A stretch of 64,000 nt of DNA from Octopus vulgaris (taxonomy: Eukaryota). The stretch covers positions 90,892,001-90,956,000 of the forward strand of contig OX597818.1 in the NCBI GenBank assembly GCA_951406725.2, written 5' to 3'. Positions 25,975 through 41,527 of the stretch are shown here, piece after piece. Each line of letters starts with the position of its first letter. Position 1 is the stretch's first letter. Under the pieces are notes generated by a model. It saw nothing but the letters and a program-made list of their open reading frames with translations. It was not told the origin of the DNA and made no database searches. The translations under genes and the position numbers were made by a program.

Positions 25975-26558
25975 CCCCTTACCCAACAATTATTTTGAAA
26001 ATAAATGTATTTTTTCAGACATGTTTTTTTATTGTTTTATTTTACTATGTTTTGAATGGTGATTTCGAGGTATATTTCAAACCTTATTTATTATGAATTT
26101 TAATTCAATAATATTGATTTTAAATTACCGCTTTGGGAAGAAACGAGTTAACCCGTTTTTTTCATAAATCATATTACTTTTACAAAAAATCATGTTATTT
26201 TATTTGGTTATCGACATGGTGGGGTTATAATATAAAGGTATAAAAAAAAACAACGTAAAAACAAAGTGAATACTTCTATTCATAAAATGTGCCTTCCAAC
26301 CCTTCGACTGTCTCTAGGTGACTAAATCATACTCGGTCTTCAATACCTTACTCAAGCGAAAGGTGGCAGAAATCGTCACTGCCAGACGTATAAAGTGAGC
26401 GAATATACTCGTATATGTCAAAAATGAGTTTATAATAGACAAAGGAACTCGTTTGCTTTCGATTTTGGCAAGTCTATCTTTTGACGAGTTAACTCGCCAG
26501 AGATAGAAAAAAACGATTTCGGTTAAAACGCATATATTCGTTTCTGCCGGGTAAGGGG
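25975..26558. mobile_element. piggyBac-type non-autonomous element (584 bp)
   Basis: TTAA|ccccttaccc ... gggtaagggg|TTAA. Confidence 0.85.
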
Positions 26559-26573
26559 TTAATATCATCATCA

Positions 26574-26629
<56 letters not shown>

Positions 26630-26666
26630 CCTTAGGAAGGAGAACCCAGTTTCGAAATTTCCCTAA

Positions 26667-26696
26667 GACACCTGAAGAAGGCCGAAACGTTGTGTT
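26667..26696 (+). ncRNA. Minimal hammerhead motif with intact core and collapsed helix II
   Basis: gacac-CUGAAGA-aggcc-GAAAC-GUU-guguu. Confidence 0.6.
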
Positions 26697-26770
26697 AACA
26701 ACAAACAAAATGAGGACAAATAGCCATCAAATGTAAATAATGTAAATAAGGAATATTGTGATTTGTTTAA

Positions 26771-26961
26771 CCTTTTATCACTGAAACCCGTCATATTCTA
26801 CCTGTTTTATATACAAACTATACAGATCCGGTCTTTTGTACACTTATTACAGTACAATTTTAAACGATAAAACTCTTCTGCAAAATGCCAAATACATGAA
26901 ATAATGTATGACTCATTGAAATAAGCATTACACATTATAGAGTAATATGAATTCTTGAGGG
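26771..26961. mobile_element. Old piggyBac-like MITE
   Basis: TTAA|cctttt ... gaggg|TTAA; a related element lies at 41528-42085. Confidence 0.5.
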
Positions 26962-27298
26962 TTAACGGTATGGGAGTGATCATAAGATTGTGGTTTCGAT
27001 TTCAAGACTGGGCGATGCTACAAGTCTACTCAAATGGCAAAAATGAGTAATAGCTGCAACGGACCGGCATCCCGTTCAGGTGGGCAATTCATACGCCATG
27101 GAAACCCTTATGAGTTGGTATGACTCGAGAAGGTAATCATGCATTTTTTTTAATGGTAAGGGAGGCAAGGCATCAGGTGATAGCAGTTAAAGTATTGTTA
27201 TGCTAATTGTTCACATGTGTCATTGTTTGTAGTAATGACATAGAGGTTCTCACCGTGGTGTGGTTGTGTTGGCCATCATTACTAAACTACTATTACTA

Positions 27299-27625
27299 GT
27301 GAAGGCGCGTGGCTTAGTGGTTAGGGCATTCGGCTCACGATTGTAAGGACGTGAGTTCAATACCCGGCGACGCGTTGTGTCCTTGAGCAAGACACTTTAT
27401 TTCACGTTGATCCAGTCCACTCAGCTGGCAAAAATGAGTTGTACCTGTATTTCAAAGGGCCGGCCTTGTCACACTCTGTGTCACGCTTAATCTCCCTGAG
27501 AACTACGTTAGGGGTACACGTGTCTGTGGATTGCTCAGTCACTTGCACGTTTATTTCATGAGCAGGCTGTTCCGTTGCTCGTATCAGCTGGGACCCTCGT
27601 CGTCGTAACCGACGGAGTGCTCCTT
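27299..27625 (+). mobile_element. SINE family C (tRNA head with CORE-like tgtccttgagcaagacactt), with TSD
   Basis: A box tggcttagtggttagg and B box gagttcaatacc; tattacta occurs at 27291-27298 and 27626-27633. Confidence 0.88.
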
Positions 27626-28094
27626 TATTACTAAGCTAATGTTTCTGTTTACTAAATCCCCTCAAGATTTAGCTCCCGTTGGGGATATAGTAGAAAACTC
27701 ATTCCCAAGGTGCCACGCATTAAGACAGAAATCGGAGCCGTGTAAATGGCAAGAAAACCTTCTTACAATAGAGCCCAGCCTTCTTCTAGTGCATTTATTG
27801 TACCAAACGAATGTTGAGATCTGTCATAAGCCGAGGCTAATATGTGTAGTGCATCAACTTTATGCGAAACCAAAAGAAATCTATAGACCAGCATAATCAG
27901 TTTCATAGACACCAAGAAGACCGTTACAAATAAAATGACCTTCTTCCCGGACATAAAGCATCTATAATGATTAATTGTTGTTTTATTTCCAGATAATTAA
28001 ACAATTGTCGGGCTTGATTAGGCAAAATTATAAATGGCGTCGTGGTAAATCACAACGTATGAAACAATGTATTACTGTAGTACATAAATCAAAA

Positions 28095-28170
28095 GAGTAT
28101 GGTGGTAGCGGTGGTAGTGGTGGTAGCGGTGGTAGTGGTGGTAGTGGTGGTGGTGGCGGAGTTGGGGTCT
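28095..28170. repeat. (GGT/AGT) trinucleotide repeat
   Basis: ggtggtagcggtggtagt... Confidence 0.85.
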
Positions 28171-28359
28171 AATTAGTGGACTTTGGATGAGAAGGTAATA
28201 TAATTCATTTTTAATTCCGGAGAATAACCGTATCGCTTGAGCTATTAATTCATTTTAGAAAAGCATAGCTGTCACGCAAACAAACACACACACATACAGG
28301 CGCACACACATACACAGGCACCCCCCGCAGACTCACATACAAAGACTTACACAGACGCA

Positions 28360-28421
28360 GGACTGACCATATATACATACACATACATATATATGCATGT
28401 ATGCATATATACCCATTTATA

Positions 28422-28488
<67 letters not shown>

Positions 28489-28722
28489 CTATACATGAAT
28501 TTATATGTATGTGTATACATATACGTACGTGTGTATGTATATCTATATATATACACAGAGAGAGGAAGAGAGAGAGGAGGAGGAGAGAACGAAACAGATA
28601 AAGAGGGGAACTTCGAAAGACAGATAAATATATTATATATATATAGATTATAAATGTGCGCACTCACTCAATATCGTATATATATAATACGCACGCACAC
28701 ACACATATATATATATGTATAT

Positions 28723-28790
<68 letters not shown>

Positions 28791-29357
28791 GCTCACACAT
28801 ACATCGTACGTGTATACGCATAAATATGTATATGTGTGTGTATATATATATATACATACTTGTATATATATGCATATACATACATGCATACATATATATA
28901 TATATACATACACATATACATGTTTGTATGTGTACGTGTGTGTATGTGTGTGTATTCATAAGAGTACATATATCATTTAGCCACAGGTTAATTTCATATA
29001 TAGGCCAATGGACAAGGTATATCATATTTTCAAGAAATATATTATAATTACGTTTATATATTCGTTTTGCAAGACTCTTGATGTAAATTCGTGTGTTGAA
29101 ACAGATATTGTTGTATTGTTATATACTATAATTCTATTCAGTTCGTAGAGTGCAGCTAGAGGAGAATTTAACTGCTTTTTCCAGCATGCCAGAGAGTAGG
29201 TTATATCAAGTACCTTGAGAAGATATATCGCATTTCTCTTATTTGGCTAAATTATATACCTGTATATGTTTGTAGGTAACGTGGGTATCCTTTTATGTAT
29301 GTATGTGTGTTTATGTATGTATGTATGTATGTATGTATGTATGTATGTATGTATATT

Positions 29358-29418
<61 letters not shown>

Positions 29419-29521
29419 TTGTGTTTGTGTTCGTGTTTGTGTAAATGTCTATTCAAATATCTGCAACCTGTACGTGACAGAATACTCGGGATGTGCATGC
29501 AGAAATACATACATACATACT

Positions 29522-29595
<74 letters not shown>

Positions 29596-29600
29596 TGTAT
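28360..29600. repeat. TA/TG/TATG/CA microsatellite tracts
   Basis: Directly visible. Confidence 0.85.
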
Positions 29601-29798
29601 ATATGAACATTTAATGTGGTTTTAGAGTCAAGTTTTGACTGCTATTTCCAGCGTGAGGTATCTCTTAGATACCCTAAATTATAATTTTAAATAATTATTA
29701 CCTTTGAAAGGTTTTTTTATTCCCATGGTGGCCACCTGATAAGATCGGTATTTTAAATATCGAACTTATCCTTATTTATATAAATATAAATATATGTG

Positions 29799-29836
<38 letters not shown>

Positions 29837-29910
29837 GGTCCCGGGTTGATTCGGGGTTAACCACAGTAAACAAGGTACTCAATACATAGCAGAGTAAAAT
29901 TAATTTATTA

Positions 29911-30017
29911 TATAGAAGGAGCTTCTACAAGACTAGAACTGTTTCATTCAAGAGAAATCATCAGGAATGATTTCTCTTGAATGAAACAGTTCTAGTCCTG
30001 TAGAAGCTCCTTCTATA
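29911..30017. repeat. 51-bp-arm hairpin (1 mismatch, 5-nt loop) containing a hammerhead core on the minus strand
   Basis: Arms at 29911-29961 and 29967-30017. Minus strand reads CUGAUGA-uuuc-ucuu-gaau-GAAAC-a-GUU. Confidence 0.9.
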
Positions 30018-30107
<90 letters not shown>

Positions 30108-30440
30108 ATTACTTGAGAAGGTCGGTTTATTGGGTTATCCATGGTCAGCTGTCCATAAACAGATAAAAAACATTGGCTACTTTACTTCTTAGAATGTGCT
30201 TCTCCCCCGGATTTATATTTTTTAAAAACGATAGATATATATTGTTATATTGCTTCAAGGAAAATTAGACAGCGACTTTGAAATAGATAGGTGAAGTTAT
30301 CGAGAGATCCTTGAATTTGATCTTCAATAGTTTCATATAAAACGGTATACTAATGTGAAAATATCTGTCTTCGTATTTGTGTACGTTCTTGCACACGCGT
30401 TCAGATGCACGTACAGGAGCGTGCGTACGCTTGTGTGTGT

Positions 30441-30494
<54 letters not shown>

Positions 30495-30976
30495 ATGTGT
30501 GTGTGTGTATGTGTGTGTGTGTGTGTATGTATGTATCATTATGTAAGTGCTTCTTAGTACTGTTCTATGCATGTATTTGTGTATACGTCTGTATATGCAA
30601 GTGTTCGTGCTTCTATGTGCCAGTGTTGAGCATAAAAGAACTTTGTACATTATTCGTAATGGTTCAGTAACCGACTTTCGCACTAATTAGGGAATAATTA
30701 CTAAACTGGTGAGTACCGGAAAGTCTCCTCTTATATACAGACACCAGTCAATTAACACTTGCTTATCATTGTTAATCACTGAAGCAAATCATCAGTCGAA
30801 TATAAGGTCAGGTGAACGTTTAATTAATTAACAGGTAAGCTTTGCCAAATGAAATTTCCTGTTGATACACAAAAGAACTTCGGAACGTCAGCTTCTATTT
30901 CTATTTGACTATTAAACACCAGCACACGCGCAAAAGCACATAATGCATACATACATACATACATACATACATACAT

Positions 30977-31055
<79 letters not shown>

Positions 31056-31910
31056 CATACTTGTTTCTTTGCCCGCGTTTTTAGGTGAGTGAGGTGTACG
31101 TCTGTATGCATGCGCGTATATATATATGTCTCTCTCTAGCTCTCTCTCCCTTTCTCTGCATTTACAAATATATACGCCTTCAAATAAGAATTTGGCAAGG
31201 AATCTAGAACAGAAGTAAATATTGCGTCGCATTATTTGCAGTTGTGTATTGTGTTGTATAGATGATGAATCAGTTGGTGGTGGTAGTTGTGGGCTAGTGT
31301 GTTTGTTTTTAATTTTGCTAGACTTGTTGTTGCTTTTCAGGAAATCGAAAAATTAATAGACCGGTATGTTAGTCATGATTATTCGTGTTCCAAATTTGAA
31401 GAAGTTTTGATTAAATCATGATCTTCATCACATATTCCAAAAGAATCCCACCGAATATTCTTCACTTCTGGCTGTTCAAGTCAATAGAATTGTATCTGGT
31501 AGTGTTTGCTCTTTCGCTAATGGCTTTAAATCGTTGTACATTTTAGTTGGTGCTATGCATGTATTTGTTATATTATTGAGGCCGAGTGAGCGAATATACT
31601 AAATGCTAAGTTGTCGACGCTTGTGTAGTGTGTCCTAAACGTTTATATAATAGATTTACTCCTTCTGTAAGCAAACACTTTTATTTACTTCCACACTTTA
31701 TTTGGCCCTAAAACTGATAAAGGACAATCGGGAAAATCCAGTTTAATTTCACCAATATTTTACCGAGTTCAATGTCTTTACAAACGTCATCTTTGTCCCA
31801 TGAGCATCAAAATATCTGGAAGAGAAAGGAAAGTTTTAAACTCTCGCCGAAGGTGCCACGCAGTGGGACTGAATCCACACAACATACACACACACACGCA
31901 CATATGTAAT

Positions 31911-32310
31911 AGGCGTAGGAGTGGCTGTGTGGTAAGTAACTTGATTAACAACCACATGGTTCCGGGTTCTTCCCACCTTGGGCAATTCTACTATTGCCGC
32001 GGGCCGACCAAGGCCTTGTGAGTGGATTTAGTAGACGGAAACTGAAAGAAGCCCGTCGCATATATATATGTATATATATATATATATATATATGTGCGTG
32101 TGTGTGTTTCTGTGTCTGTGTTTGTCCCCCAACATTGCTTGATGATGACGCTGGAGTGTTTAGGTTCCCGTAACTTAGCGCTTCGGCAAAAGAGCCCGAT
32201 AAAATAAGTAATAGGCTTACAAAGAATAAGTCCTGGGGTCGATTTGCTCGACTAAAGCCGGTGCTCCAGCATGGCCATAATCAAATGACTGAAACAAGTA
32301 AAAGAGTAAA
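31911..32310 (+). mobile_element. SINE family A
   Basis: Full head, microsatellite and tail. Confidence 0.9.
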
Positions 32311-33912
32311 TAATTATGGCACATTATAGGTGCTTATGGGTGTTAGAGATTTCTAGTGTCACATAAATATCGATTTTGATATTTTCCTGCTTAGAATATC
32401 ATCCTATAAATTATTAGTTGTTGGTAAACTAACATTTGAACATACTACATCCCATATTTCGGCCATATTTACTTTGTGGCTACGTCTACTTATATACGAT
32501 TATAGCTTTCCCCACAAAAAGAAGTCTTACTAAAGAGAAAGGGGAATTATGCGTGCAAAACTGACCGAATAGGGAACAAAATATGGCAGTGGATCGGTAA
32601 CAAAGTTTTGGGTTCCAATCATAAAGTTCAACGATTCATTTCACAAATACGCTCAATCAGTAGCGTACGCACGTTGATTCTGTTTGTTTATTGAATAAAC
32701 AAATATTGAATTCGTTAGCATCATTCGATAGTTCATTATTGAATCAGCATTAAGACTATCCTTTGCCGTATACATAAAACATATGAAAAGAAAAGAGATG
32801 ACGGAGGAATAAAGTAAATTTTAGTAAAGATAGATCGAGACGAGCTGTCTCCGAATAACGGTTCATTTTTGTAGCGAAAGAAAAGGCACACAGGTAAAGG
32901 CACACAATAGCAGAGCTTGTTGTGAATGATTTCTTGTCACTCAATCGAGCAGATTTTTCATAGTTAGAGTCTAGAATATCTGCATGATAGAAGCAAATGG
33001 CTCTGTCCAAGATCCGAAAGGGCGTTACTGCATTCCAGATCTCTCTCGATTTTGTGGGCGCGCACTTTTGAAAGACTGTTCTATCTGCTTCCTGGATGTG
33101 TGCTTGCCAGATGTAGTCCACAGAGACAGTGATGACGATGCCGCAATTTTGAAGCGATCGTGAAGGTTCCAGTTGCATATTGTTAATTATTAGGGAGCCC
33201 TGTGACGATGTAATATTTTTTTAATATATTCAGATTCGTTAATTTACATGCCAGAAATCTAAAAGCGTGTGTTGAAATTAAAACGATTGCAGCATGGAAG
33301 ATTCCACGTGATTCTACTGCAATGGAATCACGTCAGTAGCCAGATCGCTGTTGGTACCACGAAAATTTTGATACCAAATATCAAATGACTAATTGAACAT
33401 ACAGATTTGTGCGGTTTTGAATTGTTCATACGTAGCTTCCACTCTGCAATCATTAATTTTCAGTTTGGATCTAAAAGTACTCATTGTTTTAACGTGTTTC
33501 ATTTCTATAACACTGATATACTCTATATGCGTTAAATGAATGCAATGTGTTGTCGTGTAGAGCAAAGTATCAACAGAAATAGCAAACCGTGTTGAAGCTC
33601 ATATTCTGTTAAAGAATTATCGAACCCTATAATTAGAAATATTGAACCATATTTCATGTTATTATTGAACTATCAATGTTACAGGAATATTTCAGATATG
33701 TCAATATCATATTGTGCGTTCATGAATATCTCGACCTTCACTGTGTTCTCTGCAATAGGAGACCATTAATATATCACCTTATTGTTCGTCTATTACATTT
33801 AGAATACCTGGTCTCACCTGATTGTTGCAGTTCATCCCCAGAATAGATGTAAATGAGCTGACCTATGGCCCAGCACATTAATATTACAACTGTTATCGCA
33901 CTTTTTGATATG

Positions 33913-33952
<40 letters not shown>

Positions 33953-34822
33953 CTAGATTATCGAATGTGCCATTCCTATGTTTAAGAGTAGTAATGTGGG
34001 GAAGATTTAACTGCTAATTATAACTAATTATAATTATAACAAGACGGATGATCTCTCGTTTGTTCATTCGTAGAGTGTAATAGAGACACACCCTTTTGAA
34101 TTACAGGTATATTGCACCCGGTGGGCTACTATACGGTTTCCGTCCCTTCAATTTCACACAGAAAGAATGGTTCGACTTAAGGTTAAAGAACAAGGCATAT
34201 GTACAGGGTGCCATGCAGAGTGGTCGAAGCTGCGACGCCATGATTGCGAAGCGAAATTCTTAGCCATTAGACTATACTGCACTAACAGTTACAGATATGC
34301 TACACCAGGAAAAGTAAAAGATAAAACAGTCATTGCTAAAATATCTTTGTTCATAATCTTGCTTGGTCAGAGCTGAAACAACGAATCCCTTACGTATTTA
34401 AGAGAAGAAATAAGTACTTTCCTATAAAAACATATTAGATTAACATGACAACTATATATTTCTATTTCTTGAGATAGCGGTGGGGCCGAAGTTTTGTGAG
34501 AGAACTTCGACACGGTCGCTCGGTGTTTCAGAATTAGCAGCCAAATTTTGCCCAAACCACATTTTACCATCAATAGTTAAACATTAAGCAAATTAGATTA
34601 TGCTGTCCTAGATAGACTATAGATGAAGAAACGATATGGTTGAGCGCCTCTGGAATGTCTTTGATTAAGGTTAAGATCAATAAGGGTTTACTTCGAAGTT
34701 AAGCTACAAGAAATGCTAATTTTTATGTCGACTAGACAGAAAGTAAGCGTATTAGAACCTGAGAGGATATTCTAGTTCATAAATGAAAGACTGAGAAGGA
34801 GAGAACAAGAGCAATAGGGGAA

Positions 34823-34896
<74 letters not shown>

Positions 34897-35003
34897 AGAG
34901 GGGGAGAGAGAGAGGAAGAAAAATAAAAAGAGAAAATGAAAGCAGTTACGGTGAATACATTTAGTGTGACACTCATTCTGCAGTACAGACGGTTTATACA
35001 TCA

Positions 35004-35034
<31 letters not shown>

Positions 35035-35249
35035 TGTATGTATGTATGTATGTATATGTAGATGTATGTATGTATATGTAGATGTATGTATGTATATATA
35101 TATGTATGTATGTATATGTAGATGTATATATGTATATATATATTGTTAAGAAGTGAGGATGTTATTTAATAGTCAGGCGCCTAATCAACTGAATCGAGCC
35201 TTTTGATACTTGAAAAGCACAACACTAAGCTTGAATTGTAAGTTGACCA

Positions 35250-35487
35250 TAGTCACGGACGTAGTTGCATGATTAAAAAGTGTATTGGTAGTTATGGGTT
35301 CAATCTCATTGTACGACTTACTTGATAAATGTAGTCAAGGTTAGGGCTGATGTATGCGTTGCGTGTATAATGCTGTAATTGGAAACTGTGTGGAACCCTA
35401 TTGCATACATACATATATGTATATATATGGATACAGTCATTAATATATGCTTGCATTTATATCTATCTGCATATATATATATGTATA

Positions 35488-35545
<58 letters not shown>

Positions 35546-35771
35546 TGTGTGTGTTTGTGTGTCTGTGTTTGTCCCCCTAGCATTGCTTGACAACCGATGC
35601 TGGTGTGTTTACGTCCCCGTCACCTAGCGACTCGGCAAAAGAGACCGATAAAATAAGTACTGGACTTACAAAGAATAAGTCCCGGGGTCGATTTGCTCGA
35701 CTAAAGGCGGTGCTCCAGCATGGCCGCAGTCAAAATGACTGAAACAAGTAAAAGAGTAAAGAGTAAAGAGT
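35250..35771 (+). mobile_element. SINE family A: well-conserved 3' half (35541-35771) with a highly diverged 5' half
   Basis: The 3' half is close to other young copies; the upstream head is barely recognisable. Confidence 0.8.
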
Positions 35772-35809
35772 ATATATACATATGCGTACATATACATATA
35801 TTTGAATAA

Positions 35810-36401
35810 TAAGAGTGAAAAATTGATTATAAATTTGATTAATATTAATTTAAAACCAGTGGACTAGCATATTGAAAAATCTGAAGATGCAGAAAAACTA
35901 TATTACATATATATAAGTGGGATGACACTAAGTGGACATGCATTATGCTTGATGTAGACCCCATGTGGTCTCACTACTAAGAAAATTCAGCAAACGCGAG
36001 AAGGTAAACGAGCAAGACAAATGAAATGGTCAGACAATATGGGGTCTTCATCTAGCATAATGGAAGTTTACTTAGTGGTCATCCATATATATATATACCC
36101 ATAGATTTATATGATGCAAATATATGTACACACAGAGAACAGAGTCCGCAGTCTGCCGAATTAGACTCAGTCGTTACTGATAAGGCAACGGAAATTGCAG
36201 AAATTCAATTGAGTATAAGAAATTCTCGAACAACGTTCTCGGCTGATTAAAATAGCAGTCTGTATAAATGTATATAATTATGTGCTTTGACTACAGAATT
36301 AGAGCATTTTAGCTCTTGTTTCTAGCAATGTATATGTTTTTAACACCTTAGTCGCATTTAGTGGCAGTTATGGCTTTCCCTTTTGGTAAAATATTGCAAA
36401 C

Positions 36402-36463
<62 letters not shown>

Positions 36464-36637
36464 ATATATATAATTAATAAAATAGAAGATAGAATGTGTA
36501 ATAGGCTTTATTGACCCGTTTATTGACATCTTTTGACCCGTTCTGGGTCTCTTCGGTTACATAAATAAAATGTCACACTAGAGATTTCTTGAGTCGGCTT
36601 ACGTACCGCTATATGTCCATCTACTTCGAGAATATAC

Positions 36638-36671
<34 letters not shown>

Positions 36672-37211
36672 ATAATATATATGTATATATATGTATGTAT
36701 ATAGATATATATGTAACAAGATTCAGTTGAACAAGGTACTTAAAGTGGAGACACCTGGTTACGTCAGAATAAAACGCACACACCTCAATTACAGATGAAC
36801 GCCAACCTTGGTACAGGAGTACTGGGAGAATGGTATGATACTTAGGCAATGTATTCCGTTAATTCGACCTAACTCTTGAGCTATTCAGACGTACTTTTTA
36901 AGCAAATACACATTCCATAATGCGCTTCCGAATATGCGAAAGGCATGTTCGGGGATAGGTGAATAAGAAATAAATAAGTAACGATTGATGGACAAGTGTC
37001 AAGACATTACAGCCGTTTCTAACGAACTTTTTAAATGAGCAATGAATACATTGGCGAAGAATTGCAAAAGCCAGTCGAAGAATCGGGAAAGAAATATGTT
37101 CGTGTTACAAATTTTTAATTATTCAAAATTATTTTGAATGTCCTTCTCTGTGAAATTCATGTATTCACCAGAAGAAAATGTATTTTTCTAATTATATAAT
37201 GTATTCAGTGA

Positions 37212-37280
<69 letters not shown>

Positions 37281-37560
37281 ATATCTTGCTGTGTCTGGGA
37301 ATGGTAATTTTCTAATAATGTCTTATTAATTAACACACGCACCGGTTCGATTTCCTCTCAATTATTTTTTGTTTTCTAAAATTTTCTTTGCTTCTTGCAA
37401 CCTCTTCAATAATTGTGAAAATATAAATAAATAAGTAAATGAGTAGAGATCGAACCGGTGTACTAATTAATAAGGCATTAAAACAAAATGACACTCCCCA
37501 AACACAACAACATATGCTTCAACACACGAATTCACATAAAGAATCTAGCAAACCAAATAC
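35810..37560. mobile_element. Series of small TA-associated Penelope-like remnants, with hammerhead relics at 36525-36556 and 37381-37409 (minus strand)
   Basis: Imperfect inverted repeats at 35920-36085 and 37290-37510. Motifs read CCGAAGA-GACCC-agaac-GGGUC-AAAAG and UUGAAGA-GGUUGC-aagaa-GCAA-AGAAA. Confidence 0.45.
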
Positions 37561-37947
37561 AAAAGCGAAGCATACACGCGCCCGCACTCACATATGATTG
37601 TATTTACATATGAGTGTGAATATATTTATATACATATATATAGGTACACGACAATTTCTCGGTGCGTGTTTATATGAGTGCATATTATCACCTGATTGTG
37701 CTCATTGCTGTAAACCCATGTGTCCAGCTGCATGCCATGCCTTCATATTAGTCGTAATGTTGCTTCCTTTTGATAAACAGAAATCAATTATATAAGACAT
37801 TAATGGTATTTATAAGCAAGGAAATCCCCTTGGATAATATTGTTCCAAGACCCAGAACTCATAGGGCTGGTTATTTGGTTTCTATGCTCACGCCAAGTCT
37901 TCTGAACGGAATGTCTTCTGTGGCAGAGTTAATTTAAGCTATATGAT

Positions 37948-39624
<1,677 letters not shown>

Positions 39625-40007
39625 TTCAAAATTTCAATTTGATTTTGATATATTTAGCTCGCATTTATTGAAGTTATAAGAACTGCAATAAATTAATTGT
39701 CAATAGTCAATAGTTAAAAAAAAATATTTTGAAATGTTTCTGTTCTGATATAAATATGTTTTGTGTTTACTGACTTTTGCCAGAGAGAATGAGCTTTAGA
39801 ATTATACACGATATGTCAAAGACAGCTGCATTACTAATACAATTAATCAAGAAGAGAGCTTGCTATTTCCAGCTTATGCTAAGACATATGTAAGAAGACT
39901 ACCGTAGTCTACTTATAGCTAAGAGATGTGACAAAACGAAATCTCATTAGATGAGCAATTTACAAAAACTGTTCGTAGCAGCCTAATGACAGACGAGAAT
40001 ACGAATG

Positions 40008-40053
<46 letters not shown>

Positions 40054-40363
40054 TTCGGAGGATGGTTGGGCAATTTCTTGCTAAAGAACAACAGAGGTCA
40101 TTTGTTTATAGTGTTCACATAAGCTCACTCCCTTCATCAAATCGATATTACCAGAACCGGTACATAAGTTTGCCAAAAGTCAAATATTGAAAGGATCTTA
40201 AAGCAACGCCATTCTGTAGAACTCAACGAACCAACCAGTCCTCGGAATCGAAACCACTACAACGCGATCATGAGTGCAACACCTCTACCCACTAGGTTAT
40301 GCGCTTTCACTACGCAGACAGACAGAGATATACATACAAACACACACATACATATATACATAT

Positions 40364-40398
<35 letters not shown>

Positions 40399-40844
40399 CA
40401 TATATATAATATATAAATATAAATATATATAAATATATACACACACACATGCATGATGCATGCGTATATACGCATGAGTGTGCATGCGTATAGTAAACTA
40501 TCCAACCGAGCGATAAATGGAGTCAATAATAATTGTTGACTTTGAAGTTCCTATAATAATAAAAATAACAATACAGACCGGTGAAAGTATTTATTCATTG
40601 ATTACAAATGCGTAGAAGGTTATAGCAGCTATTTCTGCGTTTACGATACATATTCTGTGCATTTTGTTTTTCATATGTTTAATCCAGTATACCGTTGTAA
40701 ATTTTTCATGCTGATACATATATAATATCGTTACTTTGAACATTTAGTTTATTGAAGTCTCGTGGGAGTGACGTTTCTCTTTACAACAAATTTGTCGCAA
40801 TATGTTTATGTGGCTCATTATTTTGTGATGTAAGTTATACATAA

Positions 40845-40905
<61 letters not shown>

Positions 40906-41527
40906 CATATTTAGCCGCAATAGATAGATAGATTGAGAAACAGATATATACATATATGCATAAAATGTGCGTGTGAACGCGCGCACACGTGTGTGTGTGT
41001 GTGTGTGTGTGTAGGTAAATCAAAAATATAAAAGAAACAGCAGAAAATCATCAAAAACCCAACTGGACGTACACGGTGAATATATTCGATTTACGCTCAG
41101 TGAAAGTTTTAGATGAAAAAAAACAGGAGTGACGTTTCGAGCATGGGTCTTCTTCGGAAAGAGGAAACATTCAGAGAGAAGGAAAAGGAGGCCGGAGCAG
41201 AGTCCGAGAATAGCTCGAAACCTAATAAAAGATAAAGGAACAGAATATAATGCAATGAACTTTATTAGCTTACAACTGTTTCTGCTATAGGATGCAGTGC
41301 AACCAGAGCTGAGTGTTTGTGCATCACCTTCTACTTTTAGAAGCTCCGAGGAAGCTATAATTTTGATGCACAGTATATAGAGATTCATTTACAAATATAT
41401 TCTGATATTTTACACTCAAATATATTCATTTACAAATATATTTTGATATTTTACACCTGCTCATTCTATGTTTATGTCACTACAATAACCTCTACTCCTT
41501 GGACTAGCTGAATTCGTGTTATTTCAA

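Larger units (their letters stand above)
25795..26748. mobile_element. Penelope-derived fold-back element with about 130-bp inverted arms, each carrying a hammerhead motif
   Basis: About 25821-25958 is the reverse complement of about 26627-26748, with a central (TTA)n tract. Confidence 0.8.

Noticed and set aside
27299-27370. tRNA-like sequences (also at 24993 and the family A heads)
   Set aside because: SINE heads continuous with SINE bodies; no complete cloverleaf, so not tRNA genes.
27975-28172. ORF with GGS repeats
   Set aside because: Simple trinucleotide repeat with no splice or homology support.
32756-33178. 140-aa non-repetitive minus-strand ORF
   Set aside because: No recognisable family; alternative frames hint weakly at a decayed LINE C-terminus. 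BLASTX is needed.
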